A stretch of DNA of 64,000 nt. Source: an uncultured Desulfurococcaceae archaeon. Lineage in GTDB: Archaea; Thermoproteota; Thermoprotei_A; Sulfolobales; NBVN01. The notes under the pieces were generated by a model. That model was not told the DNA's origin, searched no databases, and saw only the letters and a list, made by a program, of their open reading frames with translations. The position numbers and the translations under genes were made by a program. The stretch is from NCBI GenBank assembly GCA_964627805.1, contig CAZVLA010000036.1, positions 10,422 through 74,421 on the forward strand. The letters run 5' to 3'. Of the stretch, positions 8,947 to 18,670 are shown one piece after another (position 1 is the stretch's first letter; each line of letters begins with the position of its first letter).

Positions 8947-10092
8947 GTGAGGGTTGTATTCATATCTTCATACCCACCATCACACTGCGGTATTGCTGAG
9001 TACTGTAGGATGTTGATTGCTTCACTAAAGTCGATTAGTAGGGGTTTGGAGTTCTACGTACTATCTGACTTAGTAGGTGATGGTAGGGCTTGGTATGATG
9101 GCTTCGCAGGTACTCACGTATACCCAGTATTCGTTAGGGGTGGTGGTAGGGTTAATGAATTACTTAACGCCCTCTCTGAGGTTGGTGGGGCTGACGTACT
9201 TCACGTACAGCATGACTACAGCTTATTCGGTTACGGTGATGAGGTCCTTAAGGTAGCTGTGAGGGCTCGTGAGGAGGGCTTAGTTAGGAAGGTAGTATTC
9301 ACGATGCATACGGTCCACCACCCATATACTGATGAGGTAGGTACGATAGATTTTCAGAGGAGGTTAAACCTATGTGATGCAGTCATAGTCCATAGCCACC
9401 TACAGGAGTTTGAGCTTAGGAATCAAGGAATAGCACCCCACAGGATCTTCAGGATACCTCACGGGACCCTACTAAACCCGTACCTAGGCTACCCTAGGAG
9501 GGAGCTCCTTAGGGACTTAGGTATAGGTGATGAGGGTATTGAGGGGGCCATAGCTGTAGTCCCTGGATTCCTAAAGCGTGATAAGGGACTCGACATTCTC
9601 CTTGAAGCACTTAAGTTAATGAGGGTTAGGAGGGGGGAGTTGACCTTAATAGTGGCTGGTGAGGTGTGGGATGCTAGCGTAGTTAAGTACGTTGATGGGT
9701 TAAGTGAAGTAGTTAATCTAGTGTTTTGGGAGAAGTACTTGAGTAGGGATGAGATACTTAAGTTAGCTGCTCTAGCAGACATCATACTACTGCCTTACAG
9801 GAGCGTTAAGTTCTATAGCGTAAGCGGTATACTCCACCTCTCAATGGGTAGTATGAAGCCCATCGTAGGTACTAGCGTACCTAAGTTAATCGAGCTCTAC
9901 CAACACGTACCTAGAGTCACGGTACCCCCAGACAACCCGGGAGCACTTGCTGAGGTACTTAAGTGGGTAATAAGTAACTACGACTACGTAGTACCCTACA
10001 TGAGCTCACTATACAGCTACGCAGTAAGGACTCAATGGTTAAGAATGGCTAGGAGGCACCTAAACCTATACCAAACACTCCTTAAGTCCTAA
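8947..10092 (+). CDS. Glycosyltransferase, GT-B fold (group 1 / GT4-like)
   Basis: 381 aa. N-terminus MRVVFISSYPPSHCGIAEY is typical of GT4 enzymes. The C-terminal half has the group-1 nucleotide-sugar binding layout (LTLIVAGE ... DIILLPY ... GSMKPIVGT). Confidence 0.7.
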   Translation: MRVVFISSYPPSHCGIAEYCRMLIASLKSISRGLEFYVLSDLVGDGRAWYDGFAGTHVYPVFVRGGGRVNELLNALSEVGGADVLHVQHDYSLFGYGDEVLKVAVRAREEGLVRKVVFTMHTVHHPYTDEVGTIDFQRRLNLCDAVIVHSHLQEFELRNQGIAPHRIFRIPHGTLLNPYLGYPRRELLRDLGIGDEGIEGAIAVVPGFLKRDKGLDILLEALKLMRVRRGELTLIVAGEVWDASVVKYVDGLSEVVNLVFWEKYLSRDEILKLAALADIILLPYRSVKFYSVSGILHLSMGSMKPIVGTSVPKLIELYQHVPRVTVPPDNPGALAEVLKWVISNYDYVVPYMSSLYSYAVRTQWLRMARRHLNLYQTLLKS

Positions 10093-10423
10093 CCCTCAAG
10101 TACTCCGTCCTAACCTCAGATGCCTCAATAACTAAGGCAACACCCTCGCAACCACCTGGTCTGTAGGCGTTATGCCATTCAGTAACTATGTAAGCTACTC
10201 CAGGCTCCATCTTAACTTCCCTAATCTCCCTACCATCCTCACTAAGTACTAGTACTACATCACCCCTTACTAAGTAGAAGAGTTCAGGTACGTCGTGCTT
10301 CTCTAAGTACTTAACATCACTTAATGACTCATTCTCGGGTCTGTAAATACCTAACCTCCACCTACCGTCGTCGGTGAATAGTACCTCCCACCTACCCTTA
10401 GGGATTAGCTTAAGCTTAATCAA
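10082..10423 (-). CDS. Small cupin-like beta-barrel protein
   Basis: 113 aa with alternating beta pattern (ELFYLVRGDVVLVL ... GVAYIVTEWHNAY). Convergent 11-nt overlap with the glycosyltransferase 3' end. Confidence 0.4.
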   Translation of the reverse strand: MIKLKLIPKGRWEVLFTDDGRWRLGIYRPENESLSDVKYLEKHDVPELFYLVRGDVVLVLSEDGREIREVKMEPGVAYIVTEWHNAYRPGGCEGVALVIEASEVRTEYLRVRT

Positions 10424-10458
10424 TTAACCACCCACTAGTAAGTACTCGGGATTACCTA

Positions 10459-11235
10459 TTAAGTAAGGTCCCCACACACGCAGCTAAGCTCATGAACTAA
10501 CCTATGTAGTTCCTCCATCCCGTACCCCTTAAGAGCTGATACCTTAGGTACTTCAGTACTTCTTAAGTACTTAGTAATTACGGGTAGTAACTCCTTAAGT
10601 AATTCACTATAGAGTGACTCAGTACTTAAGCCATTAATAACTACCTCGTAATCCCTAATTAAGTCACCACTCAACCTACTTACTGACTCACTAAACACGT
10701 CAACCTTATTAATTACTAAGGCCGAGTCAACGTCAAGCCTTAACTGAGTAGCTAGGGCCATTAGTGACGACAGTACGTAATCCCTAGAATCCCTAATTAA
10801 GTCAGCACCAACGACGAATAAGGCGTAGGTACTACTGAAGCCACCACGCCTTAACTCACTAACTAACCTACTAGATACCTCCCTAAACAGGAATACCTCC
10901 ATCTGACCCGGGGTATCTATTAGTACGTAATCACTACCTACCTTAACTAAGTAGTTGATTAAGTCACTTAAGTAATTACATACCCTATCCATAGCTACTA
11001 ATAACGCACTATTAGGTCCTAAGCCCTCCCTAATAGCTAATTCCCTAGCACTAACGAAGTCCCTAACGTCGTAGTCGGGAATGTATGGTAAGTAATCAGC
11101 TGCTGGGTCTAGATTAACCTTAGTTACTGAGTAGCCATTACTTAGTAACCACTTAGAGTAGGTACTAACTAACGTTGACTTACCGGAACCTGCAGGCCCT
11201 AACACGATAAGTACTACCGTACCCACTGAAACCAC
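10459..11235 (-). CDS. GPN-loop GTPase (PAB0955/Npa3 family)
   Basis: P-loop GPAGSGKST, the diagnostic GPN motif in EGLGPNSALL, switch II DTPGQMEVF and NKVD specificity motif. Confidence 0.85.
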   Translation of the reverse strand: MVSVGTVVLIVLGPAGSGKSTLVSTYSKWLLSNGYSVTKVNLDPAADYLPYIPDYDVRDFVSARELAIREGLGPNSALLVAMDRVCNYLSDLINYLVKVGSDYVLIDTPGQMEVFLFREVSSRLVSELRRGGFSSTYALFVVGADLIRDSRDYVLSSLMALATQLRLDVDSALVINKVDVFSESVSRLSGDLIRDYEVVINGLSTESLYSELLKELLPVITKYLRSTEVPKVSALKGYGMEELHRLVHELSCVCGDLT

Positions 11236-11278
11236 CTAATTAAGGTGCTTATCTGCTTAAGTACCTTAAACTAATTAA

Positions 11279-11884
11279 TTGACTTCGGGGTATGTAGTGA
11301 AGTGCTTTAAGTTAGTAATTATTGACTTAGACGGTACCTTAGTAGGTACGAGGATTAATTGGGAGTACGTTAGGAGGCGTGTTAGGGAGGTTCTAGGGCT
11401 TAATGAGGGAGCACCACTTAAGCCATTAGCAACTACGTTACTTAAGTACTGGAGGGGTCGTGAGGGTTTTGAGGAGGCGTTAAGGATTATTGAGGAAGCT
11501 GAGTTAAGGAGTGTTGAGGGTGCTGAGTACCCAGTAGGTATTAAGGAGTTAATTAAGGAGTTAAGGAGCTTAGGTATTGAGGTAGCTATAGTAACTCTAC
11601 GCTCAAGGAGAACTACTGAACCACTACTTACTAAGTTAGGTATTGAGGGCTTAGTAAGTAAGGTAGTGACTAGGGATGAGGAGCCGGACCGTAGGGAGCA
11701 ATTAATTAAGTTAATGAGGGAGTTAGGGGTAGCCCCTAATGAGGCACTCTTCATAGGTGATTGGTTAGGTGATGAATTAGCTGGTAGGGAGGTAGGTACC
11801 AACACCTACATAGTTAGGAGTTACGAAGAAACACCTAAGGTAATTAAGGAAGTAATTAATGCGTGCAGGGAATTCCTTAAGTAA
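11279..11884 (+). CDS. HAD superfamily hydrolase
   Basis: Motif I VIIDLDGTLV and motif IV-like FIGDWLGDE; 201 aa. The overlapping antisense ORF 11275-11805 is low-complexity shadow. Confidence 0.8.
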   Translation: MTSGYVVKCFKLVIIDLDGTLVGTRINWEYVRRRVREVLGLNEGAPLKPLATTLLKYWRGREGFEEALRIIEEAELRSVEGAEYPVGIKELIKELRSLGIEVAIVTLRSRRTTEPLLTKLGIEGLVSKVVTRDEEPDRREQLIKLMRELGVAPNEALFIGDWLGDELAGREVGTNTYIVRSYEETPKVIKEVINACREFLK

Positions 11885-11960
11885 GGTTACTTAATTAATT
11901 TAAGCTACATCTTAAAATATCTTAGATAATGCTTAAGAAGAGGTCTTATAACGTCATTCC

Positions 11961-13814
11961 TTAAGTAGTACTTAATCCCTTCCTTAATTCATTAGCTATG
12001 GGTATTAACTCATTAAGTCCTAACTTCCTGAGTGTCTCCTCCGTAGGTATTCCGTACTCATCCCAACCTATTGAGTAGTAGTACTCCCTAAGCGCCTTCC
12101 TAACTTCCTCACGATCTACTTTAGAGCCTCTGTAAGGCCCCGTAGGTAGTGGTTCGTAGAATCTCGGTGGGTTATCATCATCTACTCTAGGATCCCACCT
12201 CACGTCCGGCCCCCCAATGAGTAGTAGGACTCTCTGGATAGCTAGTACCCTAGGTGCTATTACTTCGTAGACCTCATCAGTACTTACGAACCAGCCAGTA
12301 ACTGCGTTTAGGTAGTTAATTAGTTCCTCATCACTTACTTGGTAAGCTACGAACATGCATATACCTAAGCTATCGATTAGTACCCTCCAAGCCTCTGAAT
12401 TCCTTGACTTAAGCGGTAGCCCAGCAACTGATGTGTGGTCACCTCCCTGTACGGATGCTGCGTAAGCTATTGGTTGTGGGTAGTCCTTACCACTCCTAAC
12501 TCCGTGAGCACCTACACCAATACCCTTAACCTGTACTGCGTACTTCATTACGTCCCTACCCTTAACCCTAGAGACCTCCTTAGCTAGTCTGTAAGTACCC
12601 TCACCCATTAACCTACCAAACCCTACCCTCCTAACCATTAACTCAATAAGCTCCTTAACACCCCTGAAGTCACCCCAACTAACATCAACACCTACTTCAT
12701 CCTTAGTGAGTACCCCCTCACTAAGTAACTCAAGTACGAGACCTAACGTATTACCTACTTGAATACCGCATAGACCTAAATCATCAATTAATCCTGAGAG
12801 AGCAGCTAGTTCCTCTGGATTGAATATACCTAGGTTAGGTCCTAAGTAAGCACCTAATTCGTAGTCGGGCCCGTCGGTTAGGTAGGTCTCACCATTAATT
12901 ACTACCCTACATAACTTCATACACCCTATAGGGCAGCTCCAGTCAGACCATACCTTCCTAACCCAGAATGAACTCAGTACGTTATGACTTAATTCCCTAC
13001 GGTCATGCCACTCCTCCCTCCAATTCATGACTGGTTCAGAACTGGTTACCGCACCCACCCTCCACACAGCTGGTGACGTACCCCACATCCTAAACTCACT
13101 AACCTTCTTAGCTACGGACTCAATCACCCTATACCACAGCTCCTTAACCTTACTTGAGTTAGCTACCTTAGGTAGTGGCTTACGTGACTTAGCAATTACT
13201 GCCTTAAGCTTCTTAGACCCCATGACGGCACCGTAGCCACCGTACCCAGCAGCGTGGGTTAATTTACTCATTACCGCAGCTACCCTAACTAAGGACTCAC
13301 CAGCGGGTCCTATGTAGACCATGGGTAGTGAGTAAATACCTAAATCAACTAACTCCCTACTTAATGACTTAATGAGTTCAGTACCTCCTAAACCCCATAA
13401 CTTACTAGCGTCCCTAAACTCAATACCCTCATCAGTTATTAGTAGGTATGTCGGGTCCTTAGAAGCACCCTTAATGACTAAGGCGTCGTAACCGCAGGCC
13501 TTAAGCTCAACTGATAAGTCAGTAGATACTGCAGACCCCACGACACCGTTACTTAATGGTGACTTACCAGTAACTATTAACTTACTCCCTCCAGGGAAGT
13601 AACCAGTTAGTGGCCCCGTAGCCATTACTAAGACGTTCCTAGGGCTTAGTGGGTCGACATCACCCCACTCCCTACCTAACTCCCTCCACAGTATGTAAGT
13701 ACCTAAGCCCCTACCACCTAAGTAGTCCCTAAGGACCCTCCTAGGTAACTCAACTACTCTGTAGCTACACCTACTTAAGTCAACCTCTAAGTACCTGTAA
13801 TTAACTCCACTCAA
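11961..13814 (-). CDS. aor: Aldehyde:ferredoxin oxidoreductase family (tungstopterin enzyme)
   Basis: 617 aa. N-terminus YLEVDLS...DYLGGRGLGTYILW is characteristic of the AOR N-domain. Length and conserved Cys-containing blocks fit the family. 4-nt overlap with the upstream ferredoxin gene. Confidence 0.9.
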   Translation of the reverse strand: MSGVNYRYLEVDLSRCSYRVVELPRRVLRDYLGGRGLGTYILWRELGREWGDVDPLSPRNVLVMATGPLTGYFPGGSKLIVTGKSPLSNGVVGSAVSTDLSVELKACGYDALVIKGASKDPTYLLITDEGIEFRDASKLWGLGGTELIKSLSRELVDLGIYSLPMVYIGPAGESLVRVAAVMSKLTHAAGYGGYGAVMGSKKLKAVIAKSRKPLPKVANSSKVKELWYRVIESVAKKVSEFRMWGTSPAVWRVGAVTSSEPVMNWREEWHDRRELSHNVLSSFWVRKVWSDWSCPIGCMKLCRVVINGETYLTDGPDYELGAYLGPNLGIFNPEELAALSGLIDDLGLCGIQVGNTLGLVLELLSEGVLTKDEVGVDVSWGDFRGVKELIELMVRRVGFGRLMGEGTYRLAKEVSRVKGRDVMKYAVQVKGIGVGAHGVRSGKDYPQPIAYAASVQGGDHTSVAGLPLKSRNSEAWRVLIDSLGICMFVAYQVSDEELINYLNAVTGWFVSTDEVYEVIAPRVLAIQRVLLLIGGPDVRWDPRVDDDNPPRFYEPLPTGPYRGSKVDREEVRKALREYYYSIGWDEYGIPTEETLRKLGLNELIPIANELRKGLSTT

Positions 13815-14314
13815 GAATCAACACCCCAACTCCTTAAGTAGTACTTAGTAATTACTTCAGGACTTACTAAGTAGGACTTAACGGCTTCACCGGGGTGCTT
13901 AGTTAGTTTGAGTGCCTTAAACCCTACTAACTCACAAACCTTAACGCATTCAGGGTCCCCACCGCATAGGTCGCATATAATGACTGATGACTTACCCTTA
14001 ACTACCTTAGGTACCTTACCGGGGCATGCATTAACGCACTTACCGCATAGGGTGCATAGACCCTCATCAACAACTACAGCACCTAAATCCTCCCTAACCC
14101 TAATAGCGCCTGTAGGGCATGACTTAACGCATGGGTAGTCAGGGCATTGAACGCACATGTAGGGTATGGTGACTCCAGGGAATAACTCAATGACCCTAAC
14201 CCTAGAAGCTTCCCTCCAGAAAGTACCTTCATGCCTTAAGGAGCACGCAATCTCGCATAAGCCGCACCCACTACATAAGCTGTAGTCACGTAGAATCCAA
14301 GGTCTTTCAGGCAT
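13811..14314 (-). CDS. Poly-ferredoxin (four Cys clusters), AOR electron-transfer partner
   Basis: CSGCGLCEIAC, CVQCPDYPCVKSCP, CTLCGKCVNACP and CDLCGGDPECVKVC in 167 aa. Translationally coupled to aor. Confidence 0.85.
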   Translation of the reverse strand: MPERPWILRDYSLCSGCGLCEIACSLRHEGTFWREASRVRVIELFPGVTIPYMCVQCPDYPCVKSCPTGAIRVREDLGAVVVDEGLCTLCGKCVNACPGKVPKVVKGKSSVIICDLCGGDPECVKVCELVGFKALKLTKHPGEAVKSYLVSPEVITKYYLRSWGVDS

Positions 14315-14409
14315 GGGTTAAGAACCCAACTAGAATTACTTAAGCTTAATAATAAGTTTTTGAATCCCCTAACCTACTCTTGAGTAGTTAATGGGTTAGG
14401 GAGGGGGTA

Positions 14410-15450
14410 GTGGTTAGGGTACGTATTAAGGTACTAGGTACTGAGTCTTTAGGTGTTAGGGGCTTATCGTGCTTTATTGAGTATAGGGGTGTTAAGGTAG
14501 TTATTGATCCTGGGGTCGCCCTAGGTTTTAGTAGGTACGGACTACATCCACACCCCATTCAAGCACTTACTGGTTACTGCGTTAGGGGTGAGTTACTTAA
14601 TTCCCTACTAAGTACTGACTACGTAGTCATTAGTCACTTACACGGTGATCACGTGCCCTTAGTTAATGCTAACCCATTCCAACTACCTATTCAGTTAGTT
14701 AGGTTGAGGGAGGGTAGTGAGGTACTCCTACCCGTACCTACTGAGGGCTTAGGTAGGTTGTTTAGGCGTAGGTTTAGGGGGTTGATTAGGTACTTAAGTA
14801 ACTCAATTAAACTACTTACTCACCCACCACATCATGAAGGCCCATTAAGTATTTACTGGCCCCTACCCCACGGACTTAACTCAAGTACTTACGTAGCTAT
14901 TACCTCAGTAAACTTCAGTAACTTAAGGTTCGTTCACGCACCGGGTTCTCAGTTAGTACTTAGGGGTTCCGTGGAGTTAATAAGTAGGTTAAGACCTGAT
15001 GTAGTAGTTATTGATGGGCCACCGATATATAGGTACGTTAATGACTTAAGCACGTACTCACTACTCCTTAGGAAGTCCTTAGAGGGTGTTAGGGAGTTAG
15101 TTAGGGTCTGTGACGTCGTTATTATTGACCACCACGTACTTAGGTGTAGTGAGGGTCTTGAGTGGGTTAAGTGGGTTGGGGAGTTATTTAGTGGTGTCGC
15201 TAACGTATTAACAGCTGCTGATTACTTAGGTAGGGACCCCCTACTCCTTGAGGCTTGGAGGAGGTCCCTCTACGAGTTAGTTAAGGTACCTAATGACTGG
15301 TTCTTAAGTAGGGATTCCTTCATGAAGTACTTAAGTATGTGTAGGAGGTACTACGACTTAATTATGGACTCAGTACTTAGGGGTTGTGGTGTCGTTAGGG
15401 ATGAATTAAGTTTTAAGTACTTACTTAAGTCCCTACTAATTAATGATTAA
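14410..15450 (+). CDS. Metallo-beta-lactamase-fold protein
   Basis: HxHxDH motif in VISHLHGDHVP near the N-terminal third; 346 aa. Function not assignable. Confidence 0.6.
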   Translation: MVRVRIKVLGTESLGVRGLSCFIEYRGVKVVIDPGVALGFSRYGLHPHPIQALTGYCVRGELLNSLLSTDYVVISHLHGDHVPLVNANPFQLPIQLVRLREGSEVLLPVPTEGLGRLFRRRFRGLIRYLSNSIKLLTHPPHHEGPLSIYWPLPHGLNSSTYVAITSVNFSNLRFVHAPGSQLVLRGSVELISRLRPDVVVIDGPPIYRYVNDLSTYSLLLRKSLEGVRELVRVCDVVIIDHHVLRCSEGLEWVKWVGELFSGVANVLTAADYLGRDPLLLEAWRRSLYELVKVPNDWFLSRDSFMKYLSMCRRYYDLIMDSVLRGCGVVRDELSFKYLLKSLLIND

Positions 15451-16133
15451 ATCCTAAGTATAGCTACTGACCTAATAACGTCTGCTGAGTCCTCACACCT
15501 ATCTGCTGAGTTCTCAACAGCATCTACTACCTCCTTAGCTACTATACATGCTGATGGCCTGGACTCATCACAGAACTTAAGTACCTTAGCTAGTGCGTTT
15601 ATCCTTAACTCATCAACTTCCTCCTCAATACTCTCAACCCTATCAGCTAGTTCTAGTGACTTCCTAGGGTCCCTACTTAACTCCTCAATAGCTTCCTTAA
15701 GTAATTCAGTAGCTTCACGTACCTTCCTAACCATACTAAGTACTAACTCCTTAATACCCTCACTAACTACGTTAGGCTCTACTAAGCAAGCCCTCCTAGT
15801 AGCTGCTTTTAGGTAGACAGCTATGTCGTCATTAATCAGTACTAACCTAACTAACTCCTCCCTACTTATTGGGTGTATCAACCCCTTAGATAGCTCCTTA
15901 AGTAACTCACGCTTAATAGCGTCAGCCTCACCCTCTAGCCTATGGACCTCCCTACATAGGCCCTTAAAGCCCTCTGAATCACCTCTTAAGAACCTACTGA
16001 AGAGTTCCTCAGTAGCCTTAGCTACCTCAATTACCTTACTTAAGTGCTTAATAGCTCCGGTAAGTACTTGAGCCTCAACCCTCCTACTAACCCAGGCCCA
16101 CGTTGACCCACCCAACCTAATCACCTCATACAT
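15447..16133 (-). CDS. PhoU-like / DUF47 phosphate-transport regulator
   Basis: 228-aa all-helical protein with repeated E..D..I/ADR blocks. 8-nt overlap with the upstream PiT gene, the usual PiT-DUF47 pairing. Confidence 0.7.
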   Translation of the reverse strand: MYEVIRLGGSTWAWVSRRVEAQVLTGAIKHLSKVIEVAKATEELFSRFLRGDSEGFKGLCREVHRLEGEADAIKRELLKELSKGLIHPISREELVRLVLINDDIAVYLKAATRRACLVEPNVVSEGIKELVLSMVRKVREATELLKEAIEELSRDPRKSLELADRVESIEEEVDELRINALAKVLKFCDESRPSACIVAKEVVDAVENSADRCEDSADVIRSVAILRI

Positions 16134-17178
16134 GTAGTGTAGTTATTAATAAGTACCTAATACATAGTGAGGTAACGGCTGTTATGGGTACGGTTAGGAG
16201 CCATGAAGCAACTATCTTAGCGAAGGTACCCCAATTAACTCCCTTCCTACCGTACTTAGCTAGCCCAACACCTAAGACAGCCGATACTGAGGCGTGTGTA
16301 GTTGATATGGGCATACCCCAACCCCACACCATCATCGGTACCGTAGTGAATACCCAAACAACTAATGCGTTAGCTAACCCAGCTGCTGAGCCCGTTACGT
16401 AGTCTAACCTAGTTATCCTGTACGCTACGGTCCTAATTACCCTCCTACCTAGTGTGAAACCACCTATTGATATACCTACAGCACCTAAAGCAGCTAGTGG
16501 TAGGGCTACTTGAGGTGTGAAGGTATTTACTGAAGTACCTGAGGCAGTAACTACAGCTACGTAAACACCCGTTGCGTTACCTACGTCATTAGCTCCGAAG
16601 GAGTATGCTGAGTAGGCTAACCCAGCAATTAGTAATGCCCTAAAGATCTTCTCAGTATTGAATCCCCTACTACTTAACCTACGTGATAGGGACGTGAATG
16701 ATTTGTAGAAGGTAGCTGCTAAGGCCATAGCTCCTAAGGGTGATACTACCCAACTCATGAATACCTTAGTAAGTACTGAGTAGTTAATGCTCTCACTATA
16801 CCCTAGGAGTAGGTAGGTAAGCCCAATACCTAGTACTGAACCAACTGATGATTGGGTAGTCGATATTGGTAGTCCCTTGTAGGAGGCTAGGGTTATCCAT
16901 AGGGCAGTAGTTAATGAAGCGACTACAGCATCCATTACGCACCTAATACTAGCTATCCCCTTACCGAAGGTCTTAATAACCATCCAACCCTGAATAACCG
17001 CACCTACGAACGCGAAGAAACTAAAGAGAGCTACTGCTGACTTAAGCGTTAAGGCACCAGAACCTACTGCGGTATTCGTTGGGTTAGCAGCGTCGTTAGT
17101 ACCTATACACCACGCTATGTAGGTAGCTAACCCTAGACCCAGTATCACTAGTGGGTTAATCAGCATGAGCACCACCAA
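16126..17178 (-). CDS. Inorganic phosphate transporter, PiT family
   Basis: 350 aa, polytopic. Duplicated GxNDxxN signature (GTNDAANPT and GANDVGNAT). Confidence 0.85.
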   Translation of the reverse strand: MVVLMLINPLVILGLGLATYIAWCIGTNDAANPTNTAVGSGALTLKSAVALFSFFAFVGAVIQGWMVIKTFGKGIASIRCVMDAVVASLTTALWITLASYKGLPISTTQSSVGSVLGIGLTYLLLGYSESINYSVLTKVFMSWVVSPLGAMALAATFYKSFTSLSRRLSSRGFNTEKIFRALLIAGLAYSAYSFGANDVGNATGVYVAVVTASGTSVNTFTPQVALPLAALGAVGISIGGFTLGRRVIRTVAYRITRLDYVTGSAAGLANALVVWVFTTVPMMVWGWGMPISTTHASVSAVLGVGLAKYGRKGVNWGTFAKIVASWLLTVPITAVTSLCIRYLLITTLHV

Positions 17179-17423
17179 ACAAACTACTCACTCCGAGTGG
17201 TAGTCTACTTAAGAGTTAAAAGATTGGGACTACCTAATTAATTAACTCATTAAGGAGCTACTACGTAACTACGAAGTAGTTAGGAGGCCGTATTAAGGCA
17301 CTCCCGTTAGCTAAATAATTAGATATAGCTTAACTAGTTTAGAACTACTCAATAACCCTACCCACTCCATAAGTGGTTAGGAGGTGGTATTGAGTCTAAA
17401 TAGCTCTATAGGTACTTAATCAC

Positions 17424-18416
17424 TTACTTACTCTCTGAAGGTAATGGTACGTAACCACTGATTAAGTACTTACTACCCCTACTCACTAACCACTTAATGA
17501 ACTCCTTAACTAAGCTTGAGTTAGGTAGGTCATTAACTGACTTACTAATTACTAAGTACTGTACGTACGTCATTGGGTATGAGTTAGGTCCTTCAGACTC
17601 AATAATACTTACTAACTCACTCCTTAAGCTACTGAAGCTACTTAGTCTTAACCCATTAACTGACGACTTCATCGACTCATTAGTTGGTAGTACGTACCTA
17701 CCGTACCTATTCATTACTGAAGCTACGTGGAGTCCGTACTTAATAGCCTCACTTAAGCTTACGTAACCTAGTGAGTATGGTGTCTTAAGTACCCCCTCAG
17801 CTACGTCACACTCCTTAACGTAGCCATTACCGTACTTAAGGCTTAAGGACTTACTAATGAATCCCCACTCACTAGGTACTAACTCATGTAGGTACGTGGT
17901 CAGTACTTCATTAAGGCTTGAGGGTGTCCTTAAGTAATTAATTATGATTTCCTTATGGGGTAGGTAATTAGCTACTTCAGGATTTAACTCCTTAATCCTC
18001 GGGTCGTCCCAGTACCTCACTTCATGCTTAAGTATTAAAGCTATGACTTCAGGACTTAGTCTTAAGTGGTAATTACTGGGTAGTTCAGGGATGTTGTAGG
18101 TGATTACTAGGGCTGAGAGGCTTAGCGGTACCTTAGTAACTCCCGTACTTGGTGGTTCATTAGTTACTAGTAAGTAATCACTACTTAAGTACTTACTACT
18201 ACCACTAACTAACCTAATGACTAACCCCTTAACACCGAATGATTTAACCCAAGCCTTGAGTTGGGGTAGTAGGGACTCGTCATTAGTTACTACCGTGACT
18301 GACTTAATTAGTGATGGGTTAGTTACTTCTAATGGCTTAAGTACGGTCATGGCTAGGGAGGAAACAATAATGACTATACCTAATGTTACGTAGCATAGGA
18401 GCTTCATGTAGTACAT
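17424..18416 (-). CDS. PstS-like phosphate-binding protein (divergent), membrane anchored
   Basis: N-terminal hydrophobic anchor. Block LKHEVRYWDDPRIKELNP...LPHKEII resembles the PstS central motif. No pstCAB is adjacent. Confidence 0.5.
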   Translation of the reverse strand: MYYMKLLCYVTLGIVIIVSSLAMTVLKPLEVTNPSLIKSVTVVTNDESLLPQLKAWVKSFGVKGLVIRLVSGSSKYLSSDYLLVTNEPPSTGVTKVPLSLSALVITYNIPELPSNYHLRLSPEVIALILKHEVRYWDDPRIKELNPEVANYLPHKEIIINYLRTPSSLNEVLTTYLHELVPSEWGFISKSLSLKYGNGYVKECDVAEGVLKTPYSLGYVSLSEAIKYGLHVASVMNRYGRYVLPTNESMKSSVNGLRLSSFSSLRSELVSIIESEGPNSYPMTYVQYLVISKSVNDLPNSSLVKEFIKWLVSRGSKYLISGYVPLPSESK

Positions 18417-18557
18417 CCCACTTAAGCACCCATGGATGCGTGGTTAATTTAGGCTAAATCCCTTACCTACCTAGTAAATATAGGTATATAGAGTTGATGT
18501 AGGGCTAAAGGACCTACTAAGGAGTACCTACTACTAGGGAGTAGTACCTACTCAAGA

Positions 18558-18640
18558 AGGAGAGGGAGGGGGTGTTACGCGGTGAATACGTCCCCGGAAC
18601 CCTCATCCCTACCGCTTACGCGGGTGTCGGGCCCCTCTAC
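18558..18640. other. GC-rich island, candidate structured RNA
   Basis: About 80 nt of sharply elevated GC between two minus-strand genes. Hairpin CCGC-TTAC-GCGG (18612-18623; a GUAA loop if read on the minus strand). Direct repeat TTACGCGG (18575-18582 and 18616-18623). Possible closing stem AGAGGG/CCCTCT (18561-18566 with 18633-18638). Confidence 0.25.
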
Positions 18641-18670
18641 TTAGTTGTTGCTGAAGTAATTAAGTTTAGG

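Noticed and set aside
11275-11805. 176-aa minus-strand ORF almost co-extensive with the HAD hydrolase ORF.
   Set aside because: The plus strand carries the DxDGT HAD motif and normal composition. The minus-strand translation is Ser/Leu/Asn/Pro-rich shadow.
18579-18594. The 16S rRNA-like string GCGGTGAATACGTCCC, considered as evidence for an rRNA gene or gene fragment.
   Set aside because: Only 16 nt match. The flanks do not continue into the conserved CTGCTCCTTGCACACACCGCCCGTC sequence, so this is not an rRNA gene. It is kept only as a curiosity within the GC-rich island finding.
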